Assembly (NCBI RefSeq): GCF_009914755.1
Contig: NC_060932.1
From: the human T2T-CHM13v2.0 reference genome, Homo sapiens
Length of the DNA: 64,000 bases
Direction: 5' to 3' (one strand)
Below are positions 1 to 13,554 of the stretch, one piece after another; within the stretch, counting starts at the first letter, position 1, and every line of letters begins with the position of its first letter. Both the position numbers and the translations under genes were made by a program. Below the pieces are notes generated by a model. The model worked only from the letters and a program-made list of their open reading frames with translations. It was not told the DNA's origin and ran no database searches.

Positions 1-160
1 TGTTACAATAGATAATTCTTCTATTAATAATCCTTCTCTATTGGCCACTTAAGTAGTAGTCACAGCAACATGTTTTATATTTATTATTTGACTTAACTTT
101 TACAGAATTTTTATTTTCATGAGCTATTACTTGCACTTTTATTTAAAAGATGAAGAAACA

Positions 161-793
161 TATTTTTTGAGTTTTTTCTGCATTGATCTTTTTTATTATT
201 ATACTTTTAAGTTCTCAGATACATGTGCAGAACGTGCAGGTTTGTTACATAGGTATACATGTGCCATGGTGGTTTGCTGCACCCATCAACCCCTTATCTA
301 CATTAGATGTTTCTCCTAATGCTGTCCCTCCCCTTGATCCCCACCCATTGACAGGCCCCAATGTGTGATGTTCTCCTCCCTGTGCCCATTTGTTCTCATT
401 GTTCAGCTCCCACTTATGAGTGAGAACATGTGGGGTTTGGTTTTCTGTTCCTGTGTTAGTTTGTTGAGAATGATGGTTTCCAGCTTCATCCATGTCCCTG
501 CAAATGATATGAACTCATTCTTTTTTATGGCTGCATAGTATTCCATGGTGAATATGTGCCACATTTTCTGTATCCAGTCTAACATTGATGGGCATTTGGC
601 TTGGTTCCAAGTCTTTGCTATTTTGAATAGTGCTGCAATAAACATATATGTGCATATGTCTTTACAGTAGAATGATTTGTAATCCTTCAGGTATATACCC
701 AGTAATGGTATTGCTGGGTCAAATAATAGTGTAAATTAGTTCAACCATTGTGGAAGACAGTGTGGCGATTCCTCAAGGATCTAGAACTAGAAA
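161..793 (-). mobile_element. 5'-truncated L1PA7/8-like 3' end with twin-priming inversion (726-793 on + strand)
   Basis: Degenerate poly(T), then antisense L1 3'UTR and ORF2 C-terminus (ORF 403..645, MFIAALFKIAKTWNQ...). Orientation flips at ~725. TSD-like AGAAAC(TT)ATATTTT at 154-166 and 789-803. Confidence 0.9.
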
Positions 794-2934
794 CTTATAT
801 TTTAAAAGAATGTGAATAACATGTCCACAGACTTATGTCTTTGGGGTTCTTCATGGCATACCATAGAGGTGGCACTTTCCTTTGACTCCTCTCCCTGTAC
901 TATAAGATAAACTTAGTTCCAACTTGCATTTGTGAACTTTTATATTTATTCATTCCTCATCACAGTTTTTGTGAGTGAGGTTTAAATTCAGACATTCTTT
1001 GACTTCGGTTATTTTCAGGCAGGCCTTACTTCTGGCTTCTCTTCAACTAACTTCTCACCCAATTCTATGTCTGCCTCTGTATCTTAGAATGGCTTGCCTA
1101 CTCTCCATCTGTAGCTGGAAATAGCAATCTGATGTCTGGATCTTGGAAGCTGGATTAGAAAGCTTAATCATCAATTAAGCAAGAAGGATATAGATATAGT
1201 TTTCTTTTCTTTTTTCTCATGACCAAAGTAGGGAACAGGTAGATAAACATAACTTCTGTGTTATGATTAGACATTGTTTTCAAGTCATAAACATATTTTT
1301 CATAAATCTTCTTAATTCAAGAAACTCAATAGCACATTTTTTCTTTAACAGGATTATGGGGTTAAGGTAAATTTGAATTTAGTTTAAATAAATTATCTTT
1401 GCTAATTTAATATCAATTCAAATTCTATTAATGCTCAGGTTAACCAGAGTCAAAGTTAGATGAAATCTTATTGATATTCTGACATTTTCATAGTTTTAAG
1501 CTCTACTTATGTATTGGCAATTAAAAAAATGTTGGTGTACAGTAGAGTATAAAATGGATTTTATGTAACAATTGATTAAATATCTTCATCAAACACCAAG
1601 AATATACAATTAGGCTTGCCTCAGTTTTAATAGTATTTTAATATAAGTTAATTTAAAATTCCTTTACTTTTCTGTGGCTCTTTATTTCAATATCCATTTC
1701 ATAGCTTCTGTTTTGCTCATATGAATTGCTCTTCTTCACAATAAATATCCAATTAGTCAGTATAGTTTGGAACTATTATTGCATATTATCACTATAATAT
1801 ATGAGTTGTAGAAAATTTCTTCTGTTTAAAATACTTAAGCTTTCATACTCCTGGTGTGTAATTAAGAAACATATGGGATAGAGAGAGAGGGAAAAAGAGA
1901 CGGCAGCCTTTTTCAGTGGTGTCTCATATCTGTACCTTGATATAGATCAGGCTGAAAGGCATGGGTTCAGAATGCAAAGGTCAACAGAAATCTCTATTTA
2001 ATAATACAGGATGTTCAATTACTTTTTGATTGTTTCCCTTGGACCAATGGAAATGGTTTAGGAACCACATATCAAGAGCAAAAAGACATGGTAGTCATGA
2101 ATAATATCTGATGTGTCTTTCTCTACAACATATCTATCCAGAAAAATCAGTTATGCCATGCACATCTTGTCTACTCCATCATCATCTTAGATCTAGTGAT
2201 GTATTTATATTGTTTTGAGACTTTTACTAAATGGGTAAATTTGATAGTTTTCTCTATTGATCTTCCCTTATATGCCTCTAATTTTCCAGTCCTATGTTAC
2301 TTATAATAATTACTTACACAACTTAAATTCTGGATTGTTTTGAATGATACACAAGCTTCTTTCTCCCCTTTACATAAAATGCTGCCTTACTCTTATGTCA
2401 GTGAAGTAGGTCATCTCTGTGTTTTCAGTGGTGACTTGAGATTCATTTCACATTAAGCTACTCAAGATATATCTGAATTCCACACATAGGTGCATTCTTG
2501 GAAATAGTTACTTTATTTGACTTATCTGCTTACTAGCTTTCATTTCAGTAATAACATTTTCTAAACTCATTCTCAAATTCTTGGAGTTCTCCTTTGTTGA
2601 GAAACTGAAACTTACTTTTCACTACTACACTGAATGACAAGGCAGTATTTTGTAAAGTGATAAATCAAGCCACATGAACATAGCATTAGTTTCTTAATAA
2701 AGAGACAAAATTTGCTTTCTGATGTGTTTTATCTAAAACTTCTTTAAATATGTTTGCTTTTCTAGAATGAAGGGAAATTTCCCAGCCAAACTTTTTTGTT
2801 ATTGGCTATGAACAGAAAGAATACAAATAAATTGGGTAATGTTTTTGTTACTTGGCTGCTTGTATTTTGAAAAGCTGTGAACCTAAAATAAAATTTAAAA
2901 ATAAATAATAAATAAAAATTTAAAAAATGAAAAT

Positions 2935-3010
2935 ACATATCAAAATATCACATTGTACTTCATAAATCTACACAATTATTATTTGTTAACTAAAAATAAA
3001 TAAATAAATG
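2935..3010 (+). mobile_element. L1M (L1MA/MB-like) extreme 3' end
   Basis: ATATCACATTGTACTTCATAAATCTACACAATTATTATTTG followed by an A-rich tail. Confidence 0.55.
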
Positions 3011-3121
3011 AAAAATAGTGCTAAAGAGGAAGAGAAGCTGAATGGACATAGAATATTCTCAAATATGTGAGTAATATATTACTCAAATCTGAGATAGACA
3101 TTTTAAATTCCACATATATTA

Positions 3122-4080
3122 CTTTTTTAGATTTCACAAATACCTGAAACCTTACAGTGTTTGTCTTTCTGTGCCTAGCTTATGTGACTTAGCATAATGT
3201 CCTCCATTTCCATCCATGTTGTCTTAAATGACATAATTTTCTTCATTTTTGAGGCTGCATAGTATTCCATCATGTGTATATACCATATTTCTTTATGTAT
3301 TCATTCACTGATAGATGCTTAGTTTGCTTCCTTATCTTAGCTATTATGAACAATGCTTATATAAACATGAAAGTGCAGATATATCTTCCCTATACCAATT
3401 TCAATTCCTTTGGATATATACCTAGAAAGGGGATTGCTGGATCATATGGTTGCTCTATTTTTTTTTTTTTGAGAAATGTTCATGCTATTTTCCAAAATGT
3501 GCTAATTTACATTCCCACCAACAGTTTACAAGCGTTCTCTTTCTACATGTCTTCACCAACACATGTTATCATTTGTCTTTTGGATAGTAGCCATTCTGAC
3601 AGGAGTGAGGAGCTATCTGGTTGTGGTTTTAATTTGTCATTCCCTGATGATTAGAGATGTTGATCATTTTTAATATATCTGTTGACAATTTGTATCTCTT
3701 CTTTTGAGAAATGTCTGTTCAGACCTTTGACCATTTGTAAATTGGGTTATTTGTTTTGTTGCTATTGAGTTATTTGGGTTCCTTATATATTTTGGATATT
3801 TGCTCTGTTTCAGATGTATGGTTTGCAAATATTTTCTCTCAATCTATGGGTTGTCTTTTCACTTTGTTAATTGTTATCTTTGTTGTGTGGAAACTTTTTA
3901 GTTTGATGCAATCACATTTCTCTATTTTTGCCTCTGCTTTTGGAGTTCTACCCAAGAAATCATTGCCCAGACTAATGTCGTAGGGCTTTCTCCCTATATT
4001 TTCTTCTATTAGCTTTATAGATTTGAGTCAAACATTTAAGTCTTTCATTGATTTTGAGTTGATTTTTGTAGATGAGATGA
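3122..4080 (-). mobile_element. L1MA-like fragment (3'UTR/ORF2 end)
   Basis: Antisense L1 motifs such as GCTGCATAGTATTCCAT, GGGATTGCTGGATCATATGG and TTTTGAGAAATGTCTGTTCAG. Confidence 0.85.
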
Positions 4081-4536
4081 GCTACAATTGTATTAATATG
4101 GAGAAACATCATGATATCTAAAAACTAATTCTTACAAAATATCTTTAAAGAATGCATGAATAGGTTCAATAAGCTTATGTATCTATAGTTGCAAACAAAC
4201 CTGAGTCTTTGGATGCATTTAATTGATAAGTAGGTGATTGCCATAGTAGCCTTGCTTTTGCAATAATAACTTTAAAACTCTCTATCAATGACAAATAAGA
4301 AAATCAGAAACTCTAGTTTTTCTGGTGAATGCTCTAAGCCCAATATAGAAAGTTAATCCCAGAGAAAATACTTATGGCTTGAATATTTTGGATATTCTGT
4401 CATCGTCTTAGATAACAGTGATCTAATAGTCTTTAGACAACTGTATTAAATGTATAAAACTCAAAATTTTATTTTTTATTTTTGGAAATATTTTTGTATT
4501 TCATAGTCACATATCAGTGAATACTCTTCAAGGATT

Positions 4537-5028
4537 TGAAACTGGCCTAATTGTCCCATAAAACCCATATTTATGGTTTCTTTTGAATAAATATAGAAAT
4601 TGACCCCCCAGTCTTAAAACTTGAGAAAGTTACATTTGTCTTATCTCTGAGTTCCTTCCTCCGGAAACCAACCATCAGGCCTCCCAGAGAGTATTAAGGA
4701 ACTGAAATTTGCCAGATCATTGCATCTGGAAAATTAGACACCAGATCCCTCAACCATTATGATTGCTTATCTGACCACCTGCTTCCTGTTGTCAAACTCC
4801 TCTTTCTTACCCCCCACATTTCTGTTTTCTCAAACATGGATACATTTCTTCCCTTCCATATAAACACATCATTTTCATTGGCTAAAAAAAATGGATTTGA
4901 TACTGACCTCCCATCTCTGCTGCAGCACCTGAATAAAGCCTTTTTCCTTGGCAATACTCTTCTCAGTGATTGGCTTTCTGTGTAATAAGCAATGAGACCT
5001 AGAGCAAACACCTGGTGTTTTAGTAACA
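4537..5028 (+). mobile_element. ERV1 solo LTR (LTR54/MER57-like)
   Basis: TG...CA termini, 4-bp TSD GATT (4533-4536 and 5029-5032), internal TATAAA and AATAAA. Confidence 0.85.
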
Positions 5029-5477
5029 GATTCAGTTTTTTTGTTATTATGACCTCCAAAATATTTATGTTTAATTCTTTTCAAAATGTAAGTTAGATTT
5101 AACTGCAGCAACCACTTATCATGTTAGCCTGGATCACTTTTGAATAGAGAGCAAGATTCATGCTGCAATGCAGGAGTGTTATGGTAGAAATATGTTTTTG
5201 TAAGAATTCCTTCATCTCTGTCATATCCAACCATTATTTTTCTTTCTAGAAATGGCCCTCCAATATTATCAGTATCCATAATTCTTGGCATTTATATATG
5301 ACCCAACCTTGCAAATCAGAGTGCAATGTGAATAGTTCAATAATGGCCACTTGATCTAAGCTAGCTTGGATAATATTTCTGGGAATATCTAAAAAAAGGG
5401 TACTTCCTTAATTTAGGACTGCAGGCAGAGAGCATGTCTAGATTTTTTCTTCTTTGTGAGTAGAAGTGTTAATTAAA

Positions 5478-5925
5478 GATTGCCACATAACATTACTAAC
5501 AACATTAAGGCTTAAAACAACACTTGTTTTTAAATCTCACAGTTCCTGTAGGTCAGAAGTTTGGGCATGGCTTAACTAGGTCCTCTACATCAGGGTCTCA
5601 AAAAGCTGCAGTTAAGATATTGACCAAGGCTACAGTCTCATCTGAGGCTCAGCTGGGGAAGAATCTGCTTTTAAACTCGTGTTGTGGCTTTTAGCAGCAT
5701 TTAGTACCTAACAGGCTGCCAGATTGGAGGTCTCAGTTTTCCCTAACAGTTGGTTGGAGGCTTCCCTCAGCTCCTTGATGTGTCATGGCTCCCAACACAG
5801 TAGCCTTTTTCCTCAAAGTCAGCCAGGAAGAGTTCCTAGGAAGGCAAATTGTAATCATATGTAATATAATCATTGACATCGTGTAATCACATATATTCTG
5901 TCACTTTTGTGGTATTCTAATTACA
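5478..5925 (-). mobile_element. MaLR LTR (MLT1E/F-like)
   Basis: GGCTTAAAACAACAC...TCTCACAGTTCCTGTAGGTCAGAAG...CATCTGAGGCTCAGCTGGGGAAGAATCTGCTT motifs. Confidence 0.75.
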
Positions 5926-6059
5926 TCATTTTTCTAACCCACTGCTAACAGATATGAATGGTAACTATTAAATAAATGGCTGTCATATTTGTTAAATAAC
6001 ACCATAATTAGGTCATGGGTTTAGGGAAATAAAGTGTCACCACCCTGGGAAATCTTTTC

Positions 6060-6850
6060 CTCTATTTAGGCTTCTTGTCTCAGTAAAAGTCATCCTAATT
6101 CATCCAGCTGCTCACGACAGAGACTATTTATATTACTAATTCTTCCTCTTACTTAATTGCTCTATTTTAACTCACCTTCAAGTTCTTTGAGTCTGATTCT
6201 TAAATATATCTTAAATGTATTCACTCCATGTCTGATGACATTTCCCTAGTCAATATCAGTATCATTGCTTATATAATAATACTATACTGTCCTCACACTT
6301 TGTTCTCTTACATAGTAGCCAAACTTTTTTTTTTAAAGGTTCTACTCTGGGACCGGGCATGGTAGCTCATACGTGTAATCACAGCACTTTGGGAGGCTGA
6401 GGTGGCCAGATGGCTTGAGCTTGGGAGTTTGAGACCAGCCTGGGCTACATGGTGAAACCCTATCCCTACAAAATATACAAAAATTACCCAGATATGGTGG
6501 CTTGTGCCTCTAGTCCCTGAGTAGCTACTCAGGAGGCTGAGGTGGAAGTATTGCTTGAGCCTGGGAGGCGGAGGTTGCAGTGATCTGAGATTGTGCTACT
6601 GCACTCTAGCCTTGGTGACAGAGCGAGGCCATGTTTCATCCAAAATATGTCAATATTTTCTTCTGTCATTCATAGCATAAAGTTCTGCATCATCAGTATG
6701 CTCTAATGGGCTCTACATTAATTTGTTCCAGGACTATCTTTCTAGCCTCATTGAACTTTTTGTCTGCTTACAGGCATTCCCATATTCTGCTGTCTCTGGC
6801 TGAAACAACACTCTTTTCTCCTTCATTACCTGACAAATTCCTACTCATAT
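6060..6850 (+). mobile_element. Degenerate L2 fragment interrupted by an Alu
   Basis: Pyrimidine-rich L2 3'-region-like sequence on both sides of the Alu. Confidence 0.45.
6350..6645 (+). mobile_element. AluJ (Jb-like), A-tail nearly absent
   Basis: Dimeric Alu with J-type motifs (GCTTGAGC, CTCTACAAAA-like linker). Confidence 0.9.
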
Positions 6851-7262
6851 TTTATGACATTGGGGACCAAACAAATAGGTAGTTTTAGTACTTTTTAAGT
6901 GTAAGGCACAGAGCAAAGTTGGTGGGAGGGAAATGAAATTATTTGAGCACCTAATAAACAGAATTGGAAGTTTAAGGGCTGATGATGAATTACAAAAGAT
7001 AAGAACAAAAAATGAAGCATAGATTTCTGACATGTACCCACTTACCTTCATTCTTTATGATTTCTACCTACCACAAAGAATCAGGTGTTATATGTTTATA
7101 TATATTAAAATAATTAAGAAGAAATATTCTTCCAATAGTAACACCGAAGAGGTATTTTAAACTTCATTCTGAATTGATAGAAAAATTTGGCAAAATAAAC
7201 AGAATAGTAGTACTTGAACCAATTTGTACATTTTCCTCTAATGTCTTTATTTGAAGATCTGT

Positions 7263-7442
7263 GGCTGTCCTGTTCAGGATGGTAGCCACTACTCACATGA
7301 AGTCCTTTAAATACAGAAATTTTGAAATATAATTTTTAGCCACATTTTAAGTATTTAATAGCTACAGGTGGCTATGCTACATGCTACCATATTTAACATA
7401 CATAGAAACTTCCATCATCTCATAAAGTTCTATTGGAGAGAG
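7263..7442 (-). mobile_element. MER3-like hAT MITE
   Basis: Reverse complement reads CTCTCCAATAGAACTTTATGAGATGATGGAAG...GTAGC...AGCCAC. Confidence 0.7.
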
Positions 7443-9044
7443 CTTATTAGTATAGAAAGCTTACAGAATATGTGGATTTGAGGTAAATCCAAACTTACTA
7501 GCCTGAAGTATGTGAAAAATAATTTAGAAGTTTAAATGTTACAATATATTTTCTAACTTCCTTTGTGAGAAGTTGAATAATGGTAAAATCTCAGAGCCAT
7601 ACCTCTTGGGAGCAGGAGCGGTGCGTGAAGTAGAGGAGCAGCTTAGAAAAGCTAATATACCTAAAACATAAGAAAACTGAATCCAAACACTATCTCACAA
7701 AGTAGGTGTTTGGAATGCCCTATAAGCTAAGAGGAGGGGATTAGGAAGATATCATTAAAAGTAAGAAAATTAAAACAAACAAACAAAAAAACACAAGTAT
7801 AAGGCAGCTCATCCACCCCAGCATCCAAACCTCTGGCTGAAAGTTAAGGGAGTTTTCTCAGTGTGGCCAGGTTTTGCACAGAACTTTTTAAAGCCCTTCT
7901 GTAATATTCTGTCATATGCTAACTAAGTTTTAGCAGAGGGGAATAGATTATACTACAGGATCCATATCTCACAATGTCACACAGAAACACATCAACTCAG
8001 AGAGTTTTCATAAAGTAGGCAAACAAAAATAAGACATACTAAAATCCTCATTTGTGTTCATTTTTTAAACACTCCATATTTTTCAAACATTATTTTCCTT
8101 CTCTATGATTTTAGGTATGCATTTGGGGCCCTGATGCCTGCTGTGTTGGTGCTCTTTCGACTTCAGCACATAGGGGCTTGGGATGTCAAATTTTCACAAA
8201 CTTCTGGCCCTATCTTTCAAGAGAAAGTGTAGGTAGAAAACCTGTCTCTGGTCAGGTTTTCTAGCAGCAGAGGCTGAGTAAGAGGATCCTGTGAAAGGAT
8301 TTACTGAGAACTCTTGGTAGACCTGCTTGGAGAAACTGATCCAACGTTACCCACTAAAGGCATGCATTACCTATTAACAGTGACTGTTGATTTGTCTTCC
8401 TAACTTTGGGGTGAAAGTAGGAAAATGGTGCCTCCTGTGATGTATATGGTGTTCTAGACTTTAGAAAAAAATATATTTTACCATGCCTCCCACTGTACCC
8501 AGAAAACTCTCTGCAAACTTGTGAGGTAAAAGGCGTCTGTTGAAAAAAATTCAAAATGTCATACAAATGAATTAAATTTTCCTAGGTAAGGTATACACAG
8601 GTAGATAATGATGAATAATAAAAATTTAAGATTATTTGAAACACATTTGAAGTCTAAAATATAGAATATAGATCAAGCCACACTGTTCTGTTCTGGCAAT
8701 GGTGAGAAATATATTGAACAGTGAGGTGTTGCAAGAGAGGGAAGGTAGCAGTTGTATGGAGAAAGATGGTGGAGAGGGAGAGTGAGAGAGAATAATTCAC
8801 AAATAAATATTCAGAAGGATAGTAAAAAACAAAGAGCTTAAGTCAAATGATCAAGAAATGGAAAAATCAATCTTTGTGTGATTGAGTTGCCCATGGATAA
8901 GTAAATGGCATATAAAAGACTAAGTCAGATAAAAAGGAGTTTTCCAGATCATACGGATCACAAATCTTCAATTGTAAACAGCTGCTGCCTTGTCCTTACC
9001 AATCCTCATATGTACATTACTCAAGTTTAGCCATTATCTAAACT

Positions 9045-9395
9045 TGATGCATTTGCATATGATGATCTCTCTACATGGGACATTCTTTTTCTTCACATTC
9101 CTTCCTTTTCTTAGTTAGCACTTTCTTCATCATATCTCAGCTTAGACAGCAGCAGTAATTCCTTGAATCTTTCCTGACTACTTAATTCCTGATTTGTTGT
9201 GCTTCTCTTAGGTACGCCGTGTACATACAACCAGAAAACTCTTCTCAGACTGTATTTTAAAAGCACATTTATGAATCTGGATTATTATTCTTTAGAGAAA
9301 GACAGCAAGCGTTGCTTTTCAATTTGCCTGTGCTTAACAGAGAGGCAAGAAGATAATTTATACTTAATTTGTATGCCAAATAAATAAATTAATGG
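9045..9395 (+). mobile_element. L2 3' end
   Basis: TTTGCATATG...TCTCAGCTTAGAC... ending in an AATAAATAAAT-type tail. Confidence 0.5.
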
Positions 9396-9413
9396 CATAA
9401 TGAATTCAACTAA

Positions 9414-9758
<345 letters not shown>

Positions 9759-10449
9759 GAGATAGAATATTTCTAACTTTGTATTCATAAAGTGTTATTA
9801 AAATTACAATTATTATTCAGATTTTGTTATTTTCAGATATCATTAGAATTAAGCAACAACAACATTAACTCAAGCCCTTTGTAGAAACAGATGAACAAAC
9901 ATGTTCAAACAGAGAAGGAAAAGTAGAGTGGCTTTGAGAGATGATTGAGCCACATAGAGTGAAAGAAATAAAAACTTCTAAATAAAAGAGACTTAAAAAT
10001 GTGAGGGGAAAAATGTGGAAGATGCAGAGAAAAATTCACAAGCAGAATAAAATACATAATCATAGGAGAAACTTATTAAGAAGGGGCTAATTAAAATTAA
10101 ATAAGTAATATTGGTAATAACAGCTGCTAGTCTCCTTGGTATTAAAAAGCCAAACAAGTGCGTTATCTTTATTAAGATACACAGAAGCCCTGCTTCATCA
10201 AGTGTATAAAAAGTCTCTTGAAATTGTAACGTCATAAATCATTTTGAATATTTTCCCATCAAGTCAAATTTGGTTTCAAGGTTGACTTGCATAAGTATAA
10301 TTTATAATTACAGCCAAAAAGTTTCAAAAATATCCCCAGACATGAGGAAAATTAGCATTATTAATAGCTCTTCAATTTTTAAAAGCTACATGCTGGATGA
10401 TATAGCCATATCAATCTAAATTGGAAGACATGATTCTGTAGATTATATC

Positions 10450-10635
10450 CCCTGACGTTCTTGTAAATGTTTAGTAAATGGCTCCATGAAAAGCTGAGAA
10501 GGGCCTAGTGTGAAGCATTTGCCAATTTCTGTGGTGTAAATATTCCACCATGGCTGATTTCAAGATACTGATATAATTTTGCTGTATGTTCATTTTGGAA
10601 GAGAGATGCATAATTAATTCTATTTGCATGCAGGT
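10450..10635 (+). mobile_element. MER63-like hAT-Blackjack element
   Basis: GTAAATGTTTA...TTTGCCAATTTCTGTGGTGTAAATATTCCCACCATGGCTGATTTCAAG. Confidence 0.7.
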
Positions 10636-10707
10636 GATGATGATTCACTTTTTGATACTTGGGAAACATGTAATAATTACTATACCATATTCTAATTGTA
10701 CTAACAC

Positions 10708-10850
10708 ACTTTCAGTTGCAAGTAGCATAAACCCAACTTAAATTAGTTTAAATTGGTTTTTAAGCTAATCATTGGTTCTTCATATAATTAGGAAGCTTAG
10801 GATGGTAAGGCTGATTCTGACAAGGTAAGACCAAGGGGTTCAAGTGATTA
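10708..10850 (-). mobile_element. Old MaLR LTR fragment (MLT1K-like)
   Basis: TTCAGTTGCAAGTAGCATAAACCCAACTTAAA...CAAGGGGTTCAAGTGAT. Confidence 0.5.
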
Positions 10851-10959
10851 AGCTTCCATGGCCTACATAAGCTCATACTCTTATGTGATCCCACCCTGAA
10901 CTCTTAAAAAGGAGCCATCTGCATTTTAAAAAAAGCTTATGGTTTGGTAATAGAGACGG

Positions 10960-11468
10960 TGTATTAGTCAGGGTTCTCTAGAGGGATAGAACCAACACAT
11001 ATCTATATATCTATATATATGTATATCTATATATCTATCTATATCTATATCTATATCTATATAAAGGGGAGTTTATTAAGTAGTATTAACTCACACGATC
11101 ACAAGGTCCCACAATAGGCCGTCTGCAAACTGAGGAGCAAGGAAGCCAGTTCTAGTCCCAAAGCTCAAGAACTTGGAGTCCAATGTTCAAAGGCAGGAAG
11201 CATCCAGCACAGGAGAAAGATGTAGGCTGGGAGGCTAAGCCAGTCTAGCCTTTTCATGTTTTTCTTCCTGCTTTTTATCCTGGCCATGTTGGCAGCTGAT
11301 TAGATGATGCCCATGGGTCATCATCTAATCATTAAGCATGGGTCTGCCTTTCCCAGCCCACTGAATCAAATGTTAATCTCCTTTGGCAACACCCACACAG
11401 ACACACCCAAGATCAATACTTTGCATCCTTCCGTCCAATCAAGTTGACACTCAGTATTAACCATCACA
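10960..11468 (-). mobile_element. MLT2A (HERV-L) solo LTR
   Basis: TGTATTAGTCAGGGTTCTCTAGAGGG...CAAGTTGACACTCAGTATTAACCATCACA termini; internal TA-rich microsatellite typical of MLT2. Confidence 0.93.
10999..11063. repeat. (TATATC)n/(TA)n microsatellite inside MLT2A
   Basis: Directly visible in the sequence. Confidence 0.9.
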
Positions 11469-12740
11469 GGCAGGTACATACATCAGTACCCTAAAGTAGA
11501 AAAGTGTATCAAGGAAAGAAGAAAAATGAGTTAACCAGCGTTGTATTGTTGGTTTTCTTTTTCTTATATACATTCTAATATTTCAAAAGTAAATTATAAA
11601 TTCCTTGAGACAGTGCTATACTTTAAGTTTTTTCTCTTTGGACTATGGACATTTTGGTGGAAATTGAAAACCCCATTATCTTGTTATTTGCCACTGTAAC
11701 TCAGATGTACCATGATTTCAATAATGTCCAATGATCAAAAAATATATTGTTGTTCTTTTGAAGTCATATTTTATGATGTGGAGAGCCTATTCCTTTGTCT
11801 GGGATGCCTATTTTTAACCCATTGTATTAGGAAAAAAAATGTTATTTCCTGAAAAATTATATCTACTTTTCTTTGGATATTTATCTTTAGGGTAGAGCTT
11901 CCTTTGCTTATAAGTGCTGGAATCATTTTGGTTTTGTCTTTTTTTCCCCTCAAACTGGTTACAGTTGCTTTAAGTTGCACAAGGTGTCTTATTCCTGATA
12001 TGGTTAAAAGCTCAATCATTTTAGTGTGATGATACTCTGAAACATCTGAAAAGATATATAAAACCAATTTTGATGGGTTTTTATTTTCAATGTTTTTTGT
12101 AATTTTCTTTTACTCTGTCTCAGTGATATTCAGTTCACTCTGTTATACAGAATGAAGTTGTTAAAAATAAAGCATGAACTTGGACTCAATGATAAACTTA
12201 TCAGCTTTCACCTTGTAGGAAATTCTAATGGTAATGTGTTCAGTTTGGGAGAAGAAAAAAATATTCTCGGATTTCATGAGGTTACATTGAGACATAATGA
12301 CGCTACAATCTAATTTTCCAAATAGATGCAAAGATCACCTTGAGGCTTATTGGCACTGTTGAGTAATAAAAGAAAAATAACTCATTTTGGATCAAAGTCA
12401 TTTTTCACCTCTGTGAGTGCTTAAACATTTGTTCATATGTAGCTGTTCTGAATCTCTAATTGTAAATAGTGTCAGGTACCTTCAGCTCCTGTAGTTTAAC
12501 ATTTAAAGTGAATTTCAGTGATCCTCAACCCTTGGATATGCAGAAATTATATTTCAGTGACAAATGCAATGTCAAAAATACCTGATAAATAAAAGAAAAA
12601 TAAATCACATAAAGAGAGAACTAAATGAAACACTTTTCCTTAAAACTTCATTTTCATAGCCTGATACAGAAATTGAATTTTGGAGGGCACACTATAGTTT
12701 AGTTTTTTAAAGAGTAAAAAAATGTTTAGATATTTACAGA

Positions 12741-13253
12741 ATTTGGGGGACAATTCTCTATGAATCTCTCACATTGCTGCACATCTTTTAAGCAAGACAC
12801 TGACTGCCCTTTGATCCTTGCTATTTTTTCTAAAATGTTTGTATAGCAAACAATCTTGGAAGCTACAGATACGGTCTCCTTCTGGAACAATATACAAATA
12901 TGCTTATTGTCAACAGAATAAAGGCAATGACTTCCTCTGGAACAAACATGAAACATGCTCAGTACTCTTTATGAAGTATTTAAGTTTCCTAAGCTCAGAG
13001 GTTTGCTCCCAAACTCAACCTACTGCCTATTTAGTTGTCATCTGGCCTACTTCATATAGCTATTTGGGAATTATGGTTTAGGGAAATGGCACAGGAATAT
13101 CGTTACTGGAGATACTGCTATTGCTATAATAATCCATACTTCATTTCTGACACAGGAGTCTTATGTCTTGTGTCAGAATCCATAAAATTTTATCACTTTA
13201 ACTTGTTAGCTTGCAAGAAGGATAAGATCTCAGATCCTTTATAGTTCTTGACA
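12741..13253 (+). mobile_element. ERVL-type solo LTR (LTR47-like, tentative name)
   Basis: Starts ...TTGGGGGACAATTCTC, ends CTTGTTAGCTTGCAAG...AGTTCTTGACA; 5-bp TSD-like ACAGA (12736-12740) and ATAGA (13254-13258). Confidence 0.7.
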
Positions 13254-13554
13254 ATAGATTAATTACTACTCACTGTAGTTGACACCTGAACCATTCTATA
13301 ACTGTTATAGTTGTCACTATTACTAAAGTTGTTTTTGTGGCATATTTATATAAGCACGTGCTTAGAAATGTAACCATGAGTGTTTGATACTGATATATCA
13401 GAACAATGTATTGCACAAACATTATTTTTGGATTAGTTCTGCAGTGATTTTTCATTTGAACAAAAATTGTAGATTTTTAGAAGTATAAATGAGGCCTGAT
13501 TTTATTATCTGTATGTACTAGAACTTGGGAGCTTCAACAAAAATTCTATTAGAG

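Noticed and set aside
8115-8232. Possible exon after a good acceptor (ttttccttctctatgattttag)
   Set aside because: Donor TAG|gtagaa is weak and I recognise no peptide; not supportable.
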